A stretch of DNA of 64,000 nt from Candidatus Omnitrophota bacterium (lineage in GTDB: Bacteria; Omnitrophota; Gorgyraeia; Zapsychrales; Aceulaceae): positions 1,779 to 65,778 of the forward strand of contig JAQUUP010000009.1 of assembly GCA_028693815.1 (NCBI GenBank), written 5' to 3'. The translations under genes were made by a program, and so were the position numbers. A model generated the notes under the pieces. That model saw nothing but the letters and a program-made list of their open reading frames with translations. It made no database searches and was not told the origin of the DNA. Positions 1 to 8,540 of the stretch are shown piece by piece (positions within the stretch are counted from its first letter, which is position 1; every line of letters starts with the position of its first letter).

Positions 1-1447
1 GATAGTTTTCAAGCAGCGTATAGCGAGCACCATTGCTTGATGGATAAAGAGCTTCTGCAGAGCCTCCTAAAAATAAATGCCGTGTCCCATAGTGATTTTC
101 GCCTTGCGGAGGATTGTTTTCAAACGAAAGTGTTTTGTTGATGATGGTTGATAGTTCCGTTTCATCCTTAATAGGAAATCTGCCAATCAAAAGCTCAGGG
201 ATATCATCGTTACCGATAAGACATCCGTATTTATTATCCCCTGTAATTCCTGTGGTTTGATTATTGGAATCCCATGTCGGCATAAACCAAGATTGCGCCT
301 CGGATCCATAGTCAGCGTCTCCAATAAGCAAAAGATACGTAATGTCAGCGATGTTCGCGCTTTGTCGCCAATTCTGATAAAGGAAACTAATGCAGTTTTT
401 GATGCGCTGCTGATTGGTTCCGGAAGAATAGGCGCTATAAAGGGTTTCAAGTGATATCACGCCAATGGTATGAGCGCCTCCTGCCTGCAAAACACGATGA
501 TTCAACCAAGAATTAAACGAAGCTGAATTGATAAAGGCTTGTGAACGAATAACGAGGTAATCCGGAAAGAACTGGGTATTAGTATCATAAGCTGGATCAA
601 GGATTTGCTGGGCTGTCAAGACGCGGTATTCTCCTTGTGTTTTAGGCTTATTCTTGCCCTCTAGAATGGCAGTATCTTTTTTCCATTGATAGTTAAGAAA
701 TTGGCTCTGATAGATTTTGTGAAAGACATTCTTTTCAGGGTTTTTGATTTTTACGGTGTTGTCTGAAGCTCGTGTTTGAAAGCTTAAATTAAACTGTATC
801 CCTTGTGTTTGAGTAATTATATGGTTTGAAGAGTTGTAATCTACAGGAAAAATTTGAAGTGTTAAAAATGTGATATCCCGAAATTGAGATGTGCCGAGTA
901 TTTTGACATTTGATGATTTTTGCTCTCTGTTTGTTTTAGCAGATTTGTTCTTTTCTTCGGCTTGTTCAAAAGTCAGGGGTTGATTAATTTCTTTTTGAAT
1001 TTCTTTTGTTTTGATATTAGAAATTTTAAAGTCTTTTGCATCCTTAGGCACGACAATGTTAAGCGTGTAGTAAGGAACAGGTGTTTTTCCGTTATGATTA
1101 GTTAAGAGGTATTCATGATTCTCTGCAAATTGAATCTTTTGAGATCCTCCTTCGCTAAGTGAGATAACAGGAAATTCTTCAGGGAATTTAATAGAAACTT
1201 GAAGCTGTCCCTTCCCTTGATTAGCAATGGATGGATTTATTTCAAGGGAACGTGAAAAATTATGTAGATTAGATTCAATGATTTTTTGAGAAGATATCTT
1301 TGGAGGAAAATCTTGTTTTTCTGCAGAATAACTGATGTTGTTAATAGTTAAAAGAATTGTGAGAATTGAAACTGTGGTAAGAAGACTTCTTTTTTTAATT
1401 TGAAAAAAACGCGAAAATAAATAATTCTTCAACCAAGATTCGCACAT
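1..1447 (-). CDS. Peptidase C25 (gingipain-family) secreted protein, N-terminal ~480 aa. Partial: continues past the window start.
   Basis: Hand translation of the minus strand from ATG at 1445-1447 is open to position 1 (MCESWLKNYLFSRFFQIKKRSLLTTVSILTILLTINN..., signal/TM). Near the end is ITYLLLIGDADYG...YGCLIGNDDIPELLIGRFP...ELSTIINKTLSFE. This matches the conserved LTYVLLIGDHKDIP...YGQIVGNDHYNEVFIGRF block I recall from the RgpB pro/catalytic domain junction. The ORF track missed it because it is truncated by the window edge. Confidence 0.55.
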   Translation of the reverse strand, partial: MCESWLKNYLFSRFFQIKKRSLLTTVSILTILLTINNISYSAEKQDFPPKISSQKIIESNLHNFSRSLEINPSIANQGKGQLQVSIKFPEEFPVISLSEGGSQKIQFAENHEYLLTNHNGKTPVPYYTLNIVVPKDAKDFKISNIKTKEIQKEINQPLTFEQAEEKNKSAKTNREQKSSNVKILGTSQFRDITFLTLQIFPVDYNSSNHIITQTQGIQFNLSFQTRASDNTVKIKNPEKNVFHKIYQSQFLNYQWKKDTAILEGKNKPKTQGEYRVLTAQQILDPAYDTNTQFFPDYLVIRSQAFINSASFNSWLNHRVLQAGGAHTIGVISLETLYSAYSSGTNQQRIKNCISFLYQNWRQSANIADITYLLLIGDADYGSEAQSWFMPTWDSNNQTTGITGDNKYGCLIGNDDIPELLIGRFPIKDETELSTIINKTLSFENNPPQGENHYGTRHLFLGGSAEALYPSSNGARYTLLENY

Positions 1448-1689
1448 AATTCATGTCTTTCTCCGTGGCGAGAATATTTTAAAAATACTACAGGATCTAA
1501 GAAGTAAAAACTAAGGATGAAAAAATGATATAAAAGAAAGCGCTTTCTTTAGTAAAGGGTAGCATGCAGATTATGAAATGTCAAGGTCGAGACAAAAAAA
1601 ATTTTTCAAAATAAATATTTTCTAATTATTTGTCCTAGATTCCAACTCTTTTTATATCAACAGTTTAAGACTTTGCCTAAAATATCAGA

Positions 1690-2256
1690 CTACTTTTTGA
1701 GATAAGCTCGGATAATCGTTTGGTCCTCAATAGGCTTATCTTGAAGCCCTGTTTGGGTGTTATCAATCTTTTCGATAACATCATAGCCATTGATAACTTC
1801 ACCAAATATTGTGTGTTTCATATTTAACCATGGTGTTGGAACGGTTGTAATAAAGAACTGACTTCCATTTGTATTAGGCCCAGCATTAGCCATCGCTAGA
1901 AGGCCTTTGCGGTCAAAGGCAAGAGTTTCCACAACTTCATCTTGAAATGGGAATCCCCAAAGGCTTTCTCCGCCGCGACCGGTTCGCGTTGGATCGCCAC
2001 CTTGAATCATAAAATTCTTGATGACGCGATGAAATACGGTCCCATCGTAATATTTTTTTTCGATTAAGCCGATCATGTTTTCACATGCTTTAGGTGCGAT
2101 TTCTGGAAAAAGTTGGATTTCAATATTGCCTTGGTTTGTTTCAAAAACAATAATTGGATTAGACATTTTTTCAACCTCCTCTTGCGCGTAAGTATTTTTG
2201 GATAGGATTATTATGGATGTAAGAAAAAATAAACACAATAAAAGTTTTTTTATCAT
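1690..2256 (-). CDS. Cyclophilin-type peptidyl-prolyl cis-trans isomerase with an N-terminal signal peptide.
   Basis: FHRVIKNFMIQGGDPTRTGRGGESLWG and ANAGPNTNGSQFFITT are cyclophilin signatures. Start moved to ATG 2254-2256 (MIKKLLLCLFFL), preceded by AGGAG, because the track ORF overlaps the upstream gene. Confidence 0.85.
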   Translation of the reverse strand: MIKKLLLCLFFLTSIIILSKNTYAQEEVEKMSNPIIVFETNQGNIEIQLFPEIAPKACENMIGLIEKKYYDGTVFHRVIKNFMIQGGDPTRTGRGGESLWGFPFQDEVVETLAFDRKGLLAMANAGPNTNGSQFFITTVPTPWLNMKHTIFGEVINGYDVIEKIDNTQTGLQDKPIEDQTIIRAYLKK

Positions 2257-2281
2257 TATGTACTCCTTAGGGTAAATATTT

Positions 2282-3355
2282 TTAAAAGTTCTTATTTTCA
2301 GGCGTATCTTCTTTGCTCTCTTTAGTTTGCGTCTGATTAAAGACGCTTGGCCCTTCATGGGAAGATAGCTTTATTTCTTCTGGTTCGAGTTTAGATGCTA
2401 GATCTACATTAGGCTTAGGTGTAGGTTGAGAAATAGGTTCTGATTTTGATTCAGGTTCTGATGCAGCAGTCGGGTTAATTTCAGTTTCTGTCGGAGCGCT
2501 TAGATCAAGCATTGCACTCTTTTCAGGGTTTTCTATTCCAGAATTATTGCTGATTATTCTAAAGTCATCTGAGGGCGGCGCAATTGGTTCTGGTTGTCGA
2601 ATAGGTTCTCGAATAGGTTCCGGTTCTGGAGGAGTTGGCTCTGGCTCAGACTTGAAGTTGCGAGATGTGAGATCGATTTCAGTATTTTCTGTTTGAGGTT
2701 CGTTGCTTATTATTTTAAAGTTATCTGAAGGTGGCGGGATAGGTTCTCGCTCTGGTTCTGGCTTTGGCTCTGGTTTGAGTTCTGGCTTTGGCTCTGGTTT
2801 GAGTTCCGGCTTTGGATCAGGTTCTGGTTTTCGAATAGGTTCTTGAATAGGTTCCGGTTCTGGAGGAGTTGGCTCTGGAATAGGCTCTGGTTCTGGAACA
2901 GGTTCTGGTTCTTGAACAGGCTCTGGTTCTGGAACAGGTTCTGGTTCTGGAACAGGTTCTGGTTTTCGAATAGGTTCTTGAATGGGTTCTGGTTCTGGAG
3001 TTGGCTCTGGAATAGGCTCTGGTTCTGGTTCAGCAGCAGGCTCTGGTTTGGGTTCTGATTTTTCAATTTCCTGAACAGCTTCTTCTGCGATAATAGGTTT
3101 TTCTTCAGGTTTTGGTGCTTGAGATTCTTGTTCTTTTGATTTGTTTTCGGCTAGACGTAAGCGATCTAAAAAACTTGAGGTTGCGCTCATTTTGCTTGCA
3201 TCCTGATTTGACGCAACATCATCTGTTGGTTCGTCAATTTCAAGACTTTCAAGAAGCTCAGATGGCTTTGGTTTTCGGCTACCTTTCTCGCTCAGTAAAA
3301 GAAAAATAATTGCGATAATTCCGACTGCTAAAATTCCTAAATAAATTGTTAACAC
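2282..3355 (-). CDS. N-terminally TM-anchored, intrinsically disordered (PEPEP/PEPKP)n proline-glutamate repeat protein, resembling the TonB spacer.
   Basis: RBS AAAGGAG sits 6 nt before GTG at 3353-3355. The N-terminus [20 protein letters not shown] is a single TM helix. This is followed by ~300 aa of [15 protein letters not shown]... and [10 protein letters not shown] repeats with two longer repeat units. No folded TonB C-terminal domain is recognisable. Confidence 0.6.
   Translation of the reverse strand: MLTIYLGILAVGIIAIIFLLLSEKGSRKPKPSELLESLEIDEPTDDVASNQDASKMSATSSFLDRLRLAENKSKEQESQAPKPEEKPIIAEEAVQEIEKSEPKPEPAAEPEPEPIPEPTPEPEPIQEPIRKPEPVPEPEPVPEPEPVQEPEPVPEPEPIPEPTPPEPEPIQEPIRKPEPDPKPELKPEPKPELKPEPKPEPEREPIPPPSDNFKIISNEPQTENTEIDLTSRNFKSEPEPTPPEPEPIREPIRQPEPIAPPSDDFRIISNNSGIENPEKSAMLDLSAPTETEINPTAASEPESKSEPISQPTPKPNVDLASKLEPEEIKLSSHEGPSVFNQTQTKESKEDTPENKNF
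2560..3060. repeat. In-frame tandem DNA repeats (ggttctgg-type units, plus ~75-135 bp higher-order repeats) that encode the PEPEP region.
   Basis: The block ggttttcgaataggttcttgaataggttccggttctggaggagttggctctggaataggctctggttctgg appears twice (~2822-2895 and ~2958-3035). ggttctggaacaggttctgg is iterated. Confidence 0.8.
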
Positions 3356-3394
3356 GAAAATCTCCTTTAAATGAGCACACAACTTAAACGATTT

Positions 3395-3560
3395 AAAAGA
3401 GTTTTAAGTTGTTTGTGCGAATTTACCCCGCACACGAAGTGTGCTGGGGTTAATGATTTATTTGACCCCATGAATTTACCCCTAAGATATTTTTTGAGGG
3501 GTTTCATTAATGTTTAATATTCTTTTTCCGAAGTTGACAAAAAATCAAAACTTTTTATAA
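3395..3560. promoter_or_regulatory. Divergent promoter region between the PEPEP gene and the mocA-like gene, with two CCCC/GGGG palindromes.
   Basis: CCCCGCACAC-gaa-GTGTGCTGGGG is an imperfect 10-bp inverted repeat. ACCCCT-N13-AGGGGT is a second one. The motif aatttacccc is directly repeated. Confidence 0.4.
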
Positions 3561-3567
3561 TGATTTT

Positions 3568-4152
3568 ATGATTTCTTGTATCGTGCTTTCTGCGGGATTA
3601 AGCTCCCGATTTGGTTCTCCTAAAGCTTTGGCAAGTTTAAATGGTCAAACTGTTATCGAGCATTTATTGCACAACCTCGTGCTTTCTTGTCTTGATGAAA
3701 TTATTATTGTTTTAGGCGCCGAAGCTGAAAGAATTGAACCTTATATATTAAAGCATAAAAAGGCTAAGGTTGTCTACAACAAAGATTATAATTTTGGTCA
3801 AACATCTTCTTTTCAAGTCGGACTTCAATCGCTCGATAAGAATGTTAACGGGTTTATGCTTTTGCCCGTAGACTATCCTTTGGTTCGATCAGAGACCATT
3901 GATTTTCTTATTTCAAAATTCCTAAAAGATTCAGAAAAAATTACAATTCCAGTTTTTGAAAATAAAAAAGGCCACCCTCCTATTTTTCCAGTGAGTCTTA
4001 AGAATGAATTTTTATTGCTTTCAGCTGATAAGGGTTTGAATGCAGTTGCTCATCGTTATCCAGAGAAAATAAAATTAGAAGAAGTTTTGGACTTCGGTGT
4101 AACGCAAACGTTTAATACAAGCGAAGAATTTAAGAATTTAACTAGTAGCTAG
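3568..4152 (+). CDS. MobA-like NTP-transferase family protein, likely molybdenum cofactor cytidylyltransferase (MocA-like).
   Basis: The N-terminal LSAGLSSRFG-PK motif belongs to the MobA/MocA nucleotidyltransferase family. It lies next to a xanthine-dehydrogenase-family operon. The start is uncertain (TTG in the track). Confidence 0.6.
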   Translation: MISCIVLSAGLSSRFGSPKALASLNGQTVIEHLLHNLVLSCLDEIIIVLGAEAERIEPYILKHKKAKVVYNKDYNFGQTSSFQVGLQSLDKNVNGFMLLPVDYPLVRSETIDFLISKFLKDSEKITIPVFENKKGHPPIFPVSLKNEFLLLSADKGLNAVAHRYPEKIKLEEVLDFGVTQTFNTSEEFKNLTSS

Positions 4153-4158
4153 AATTTG

Positions 4159-4223
4159 GTACGTGTCCTCGGAATCGCGGAATCGGATTTTATGTTTTTA
4201 GAATTTTTGCTAAGGACACGTAC
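4159..4223. terminator. Inverted repeat between convergent genes; putative bidirectional terminator.
   Basis: GTACGTGTCCT (4159-4169) and AGGACACGTAC (4213-4223) form a perfect 11-bp inverted repeat. The ~43-nt loop contains cggaatcg repeated directly. Confidence 0.45.
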
Positions 4224-4860
4224 AATTTGGAAGATCTCCCCCGCAAGGATACATGTTGTCTGTGTGGATATCATTGCAAACAGGATAATCTTTATGATAA
4301 TTTCCATGATAATCAACACTTCCGACATCAACACATTTTGAAGTGGCGCTCCAGCTCACAAGATTCAAATCGTTACCTGAGGGTGAGATTGTTTGAAGCT
4401 TATAATCGATTCGCCACATCTGTTCACAGCCAGCTGGTTCAGCTTCTGCGCAGCGAAAGGCAAAGCAGTAAATCGCATTTTTCTGTCTGCGGCAGCGATA
4501 ACGGATATCGCCACCGTTAGTAATTGTCATCGCAGGAAGTCCGGAAGGAAAGTTTGTATCAAGATCAGCGCTTGACCCAATAATTGATGATGAATTCCAG
4601 CAAACATCTGATCCTCTTGTGCAACTAGTGGTGAAATATTCTTCTGGTGGCTTATAACTGTCACACTGCGTTGGAAGGATCGAACACGCAAGGTATTGTA
4701 ATCTGGTGACCGCTTGCGCAAAATTATTTCCTTCGTTATACTTGCTTGATGGGTGGGCATCGGCTTTTGTATCTTGAATATTGAGAAGAGAAAAAATTAA
4801 AATTAGAAAAGAAAGAGTAGAAATTATTATTTTTCTTGTTTTATTTCTTTGAGATTTCAT
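4210..4860 (-). CDS. Secreted cysteine-rich protein of unknown function (13 Cys, signal peptide).
   Basis: MKSQRNKTRKIIISTLSFLILIFSLLNIQDTKA looks like a signal peptide. The mature part has many Cys (…YPCGGDLPNCTCP). The start is 4 nt after the stop of the molybdoenzyme large subunit. Confidence 0.6.
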   Translation of the reverse strand: MKSQRNKTRKIIISTLSFLILIFSLLNIQDTKADAHPSSKYNEGNNFAQAVTRLQYLACSILPTQCDSYKPPEEYFTTSCTRGSDVCWNSSSIIGSSADLDTNFPSGLPAMTITNGGDIRYRCRRQKNAIYCFAFRCAEAEPAGCEQMWRIDYKLQTISPSGNDLNLVSWSATSKCVDVGSVDYHGNYHKDYPVCNDIHTDNMYPCGGDLPNCTCP

Positions 4861-4863
4861 TTC

Positions 4864-7179
4864 TTATTCCTGATTGTTTTTCGTTTTAAGCGCGTTTAGA
4901 ATCTTTTCCGGGGTAATCGGAAGCTCTTTAATGCGCACACCGACGGCATCGTGAATCGCATTGGCAATCGCGGCTGCTGTTGGCAATAGGGCGGCTTCTC
5001 CCATTCCCTTGGCTCCAAAAGGTCCTTGTGGGTCGTTGGTCTCAATCAAAATTGATTCGACTGGACATGTGTTAACTGAGCGCGGAAGTCTATAATTTGC
5101 AAAGTTAGGGTTAACAACGCGACCGTTTTTAAATTCTAGATTTTCAGATAAAGTATAACCAATCCCCATAAACAATGATCCTTCAATTTGACCTTTGACG
5201 GATTGTGGGTTAATCGCTTTTCCAATATCGTGCGCATCCCACATTCTTAATACTTTGACTTCGCCTGTTTCGGTGTTGACTTCCACCTCGGCAATTTGTG
5301 CTTCAAACCCATAGCTTCCTGAAACGTTGCCCTCTCCTGTCCGAAAATCAACAGGCGTTGTTTTGGGGTTATAGCTGCCACGGCCAATGATTTGTTGGCC
5401 GTAATTAAATGAATAGCAAAGTTCAATGGCTTTTTCAAAAGTCATAATAACTGAAGAAGTTTTTTTGTTAATAACTTCTTCGGCGACAATATCTAGGTCT
5501 TCAACGGGAATATTTCTTTCTTTTGAAATCACTTTTAGGATTTGTTTTTTCGCATCTAAGGCCGCTAGCTTTGTCGCATTGCCAGAGATAAATGTGACGC
5601 GAGAGGCAAAGCTTCCTGTATCAAATGGAGTGATGCCTGTATCGGCAGCTGTAATTTTAATTCTTTCGTAGCTAACGCCAAGCTCTTGAGCGGCAATTTG
5701 CGAAAGAGCTGTGTTGGATCCTTGCCCGGTATCCGCGGCCCCTGTTAAAAAACATATGGAGGCATCTTCTTCAATTTTAATGATTGACCCCGCGGACTCA
5801 TGCGATTTGTACATTTTTGATCCCATCACGTCAGCGGCGATGCCAATACCAAGACCTCGCTTGATATTTTTTTGTTTGCCTTTTTTATTTTTCCAATCAC
5901 AGGCGACTGCAGCTTTTTCGATGCATTCTTTTAAGCCGTTAGAAGTTAAAAGCATTTTGTTGGTTGTGACCATATTTGGAGTTGTGATATTTTTAAGTCT
6001 AAACTCAACGGGATCCATTCCGATATTTTCGGCAAGCATATCCATATGCGATTCAACAGCAAATCCTGATTGAACGCCACCAAAGCCTCGAATAGCGCCA
6101 CTAATGGGATTGTTGGTATAAACGCGGTAGCCTGTAATGCGAAAGTTGCTGATTTTGTAAACCATAAAAATACGCATCATCGCAGCCGCTAGTACTGTTG
6201 GCCCATAACTGCAGTATCCGCCGCCATCTGCGTAAACTTCTCCGGAGATAGCCATTAAGGTGCCGTCTTTCTTGACGCCAGATTTTAATTTGTAAATCAT
6301 GGGATGTTTTCGACGAGAAAACGAAAACTCTTCTTCTCTGGAATAAGTAATTTTGACCGGGTAGCCTCCTGCTTTCTTTGATAAAAGACAAGATGCAAAA
6401 TCCATCGGTAACATTTCTAATTTTCCGCCAAATCCGCCACCAACAGCCAATTTGATTACCCGCACATCGTTAAGGTTCATTTTTAAGCATTTTGCTAATG
6501 TCTCGCGTATCTTAAACGGAGCTTGCGTTGAAGTCCAGAGTGTAATTTTTTCAGAAAAGTCTTCGAATTGACCAACGCAAACATGGGGTTCCATGCACGT
6601 GTGAGCTGCCGAAGGCAAATAAAAAGTATCTTCACGGACATAGTCGGATTCTTTTAAGGCACGTTCGACATTGCCGAAATTTGTTGGTAAAATTAATGCA
6701 ATATTGTTTCGCGCATTATGGATTTGAGGTGCACCAGGTTTGATGGCTTCTATCATATCAAAAACTGCGGGTAAAACTTCGTATTGAACATCAATAAGTT
6801 TTAAGGCTTTGTCCGCAGTTTCTTCATCAATGGCGGCGACTGCTCCAATCTCATCCCCGATATAGCGAACTTTATCGGCTTCGAGTGCTTGCTGATCTGC
6901 TGTTTGTGGAAAAAAGAATTCATTGGATCCAAACTTGATGCCAAGGGTATCTTTTGCGGTAATGATGGCTTTGACTCCTGGGAGTTTTTCAGCCTCAGAT
7001 GTGTCGATGCTAATAATCTTAGCATGAGGATGTGGTGAGCGTAGCATTTTTCCAATGAGCATACCAGGAAGTTTTAGATCGAAGACATATTTGGTCTGAC
7101 CCGTTACCAGTCCTCTGCCATCAATGCGTGGAACGCTTTTTCCTACAGGATTTAAGAAATTATTATTCTTTGTTGTCAT
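4864..7179 (-). CDS. Xanthine dehydrogenase / aldehyde oxidoreductase family molybdopterin-binding large subunit (CoxL/XdhA-like).
   Basis: 771 aa; contains GGGFGGK and shows typical large-subunit similarity throughout. Confidence 0.85.
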   Translation of the reverse strand: MTTKNNNFLNPVGKSVPRIDGRGLVTGQTKYVFDLKLPGMLIGKMLRSPHPHAKIISIDTSEAEKLPGVKAIITAKDTLGIKFGSNEFFFPQTADQQALEADKVRYIGDEIGAVAAIDEETADKALKLIDVQYEVLPAVFDMIEAIKPGAPQIHNARNNIALILPTNFGNVERALKESDYVREDTFYLPSAAHTCMEPHVCVGQFEDFSEKITLWTSTQAPFKIRETLAKCLKMNLNDVRVIKLAVGGGFGGKLEMLPMDFASCLLSKKAGGYPVKITYSREEEFSFSRRKHPMIYKLKSGVKKDGTLMAISGEVYADGGGYCSYGPTVLAAAMMRIFMVYKISNFRITGYRVYTNNPISGAIRGFGGVQSGFAVESHMDMLAENIGMDPVEFRLKNITTPNMVTTNKMLLTSNGLKECIEKAAVACDWKNKKGKQKNIKRGLGIGIAADVMGSKMYKSHESAGSIIKIEEDASICFLTGAADTGQGSNTALSQIAAQELGVSYERIKITAADTGITPFDTGSFASRVTFISGNATKLAALDAKKQILKVISKERNIPVEDLDIVAEEVINKKTSSVIMTFEKAIELCYSFNYGQQIIGRGSYNPKTTPVDFRTGEGNVSGSYGFEAQIAEVEVNTETGEVKVLRMWDAHDIGKAINPQSVKGQIEGSLFMGIGYTLSENLEFKNGRVVNPNFANYRLPRSVNTCPVESILIETNDPQGPFGAKGMGEAALLPTAAAIANAIHDAVGVRIKELPITPEKILNALKTKNNQE

Positions 7180-7639
7180 GATTATTCAACTTCTGGGATG
7201 CATCTTTGACGGCATCAAATATTTTTAAGTAGCCACCGCATCGGCAGATGTGGCCGTCGAGTGATTTCTTTATTTCATCAAGGTTTGGCTTTGGATTTCT
7301 ATTTAAAAGAGATTTTGTTGATAAGATAAATCCAGGTGCGCAAAAGCCACATTGCACAGCGCCATTGTCTAAGAATGCCTGTTGAATGGGATGAAGCTCT
7401 TCGCCGCGGCTTAAGCCCTCGATAGTTAAAATTTTACACCCTTCAACATTTTTGGCAAGAGTAATGCATGCTAAAACAGATTTGTCATCAACAAGAACTG
7501 TACAGGCTCCACATTCGGCTTCATTGCAGGCTGTTTTTGTTCCTGTGAGTCCGAGCGTATCGCGCAAGACTTCTAGAAGAGTTTCGTGCCCTTTGAGATC
7601 TAGAGAATATTCTTTTTCATTAATATTAAGTATTGTCAT
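7163..7639 (-). CDS. (2Fe-2S)-binding small subunit of the molybdoenzyme (CoxS-like).
   Basis: Cysteine motifs CNEAECGACTV, CGFCAPGF and CRCGGY. Confidence 0.85.
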   Translation of the reverse strand: MTILNINEKEYSLDLKGHETLLEVLRDTLGLTGTKTACNEAECGACTVLVDDKSVLACITLAKNVEGCKILTIEGLSRGEELHPIQQAFLDNGAVQCGFCAPGFILSTKSLLNRNPKPNLDEIKKSLDGHICRCGGYLKIFDAVKDASQKLNNHDNKE

Positions 7640-8540
7640 TGATTTGAGCCAGTAATTTCTGAATTGCGTATTTGCTATGAACTTTTAACAATTCTTTTTT
7701 GTATTCTGTATTAAGCTTGTATTTTTCAGGATCAAGGCTTGTTAGAATTTTTTCTTCTATTTTTTCATCAAGATGAGATTTTTCTAATGCTTTTTCAATA
7801 GATGCATCTCTTTTTGAGAAGGATGCGCCGTCATTTATAATGAATCGGACATTGGAAATTCTCTCTTTTTCTACAGAAGCCTTGATGCAAATTGTTAGCA
7901 TTGGAAGATCTATCCCGGAAGTTTTGGCAACGCGTTCGTAAATAATAGCTGTATTTTTTTGAGTTGAGATCAAGATAGAAATCAATAGTCCTTCAGATTT
8001 TGCATTATTCTTAAAAAAGTCTTCAGCGGGTATTTCTTTTATTTCGTTGTTTTTGGCAAATTTTAATGTTGCTTCTAAAGCAATAAGACAGCTTGCAAAC
8101 TCTGCCCAACCATAGCGGCAGGCAACGTTGCCTCCAATGGTTGCCATGTTTCGAATTTGTGTTGAGGCGATATTTTCTGCGACAACTTTTAGGATCGGAC
8201 AGTTTTTCTTAATATCGTTATTTTGGATAATATCATCAAGTGTTGTCATCGCGCCGATGGTAATTGCCCCTGTCTTTATTTCGATACCTTTGATTTCGGA
8301 AATTCTTTGAAGGCTGATAATGTCATCAGGAGTTTTTAGCCCTTTTCGCTTTAATGATTTTAAAGTGTTAATTAGAAAAGTCCCTCCTGCTAAAACCCGA
8401 GCATTTTTAAGGGTGCTTAGAAGATGGCAGGCTTCTTTGAGAGTTTTTGGACTGTGGTAGTTAAATGGATTTAGTAACATTTTTAATATTATAGTTGAGT
8501 ATTGTTCTTTTTCAACTTTCTTTTTTTTCAAGAAGCTCAA
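7626..8540 (-). CDS. FAD-binding medium subunit of the molybdoenzyme (CoxM-like).
   Basis: ARVLAGGTFL and CO-dehydrogenase-flavoprotein-like sequence. The start is uncertain; Met at 8480 is an alternative that would remove the overlap with the upstream gene. Confidence 0.75.
   Translation of the reverse strand: MSFLKKKKVEKEQYSTIILKMLLNPFNYHSPKTLKEACHLLSTLKNARVLAGGTFLINTLKSLKRKGLKTPDDIISLQRISEIKGIEIKTGAITIGAMTTLDDIIQNNDIKKNCPILKVVAENIASTQIRNMATIGGNVACRYGWAEFASCLIALEATLKFAKNNEIKEIPAEDFFKNNAKSEGLLISILISTQKNTAIIYERVAKTSGIDLPMLTICIKASVEKERISNVRFIINDGASFSKRDASIEKALEKSHLDEKIEEKILTSLDPEKYKLNTEYKKELLKVHSKYAIQKLLAQINDNT

Noticed and set aside
2710-3066. Track ORFs 2710..3066 (-, NQNLFQ repeats) and 2843..3058 (+, WFWNRF repeats).
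   Set aside because: These are alternative-frame readings of the in-frame tandem DNA repeats that encode the PEPEP protein. Low-complexity repeats stay open in several frames.
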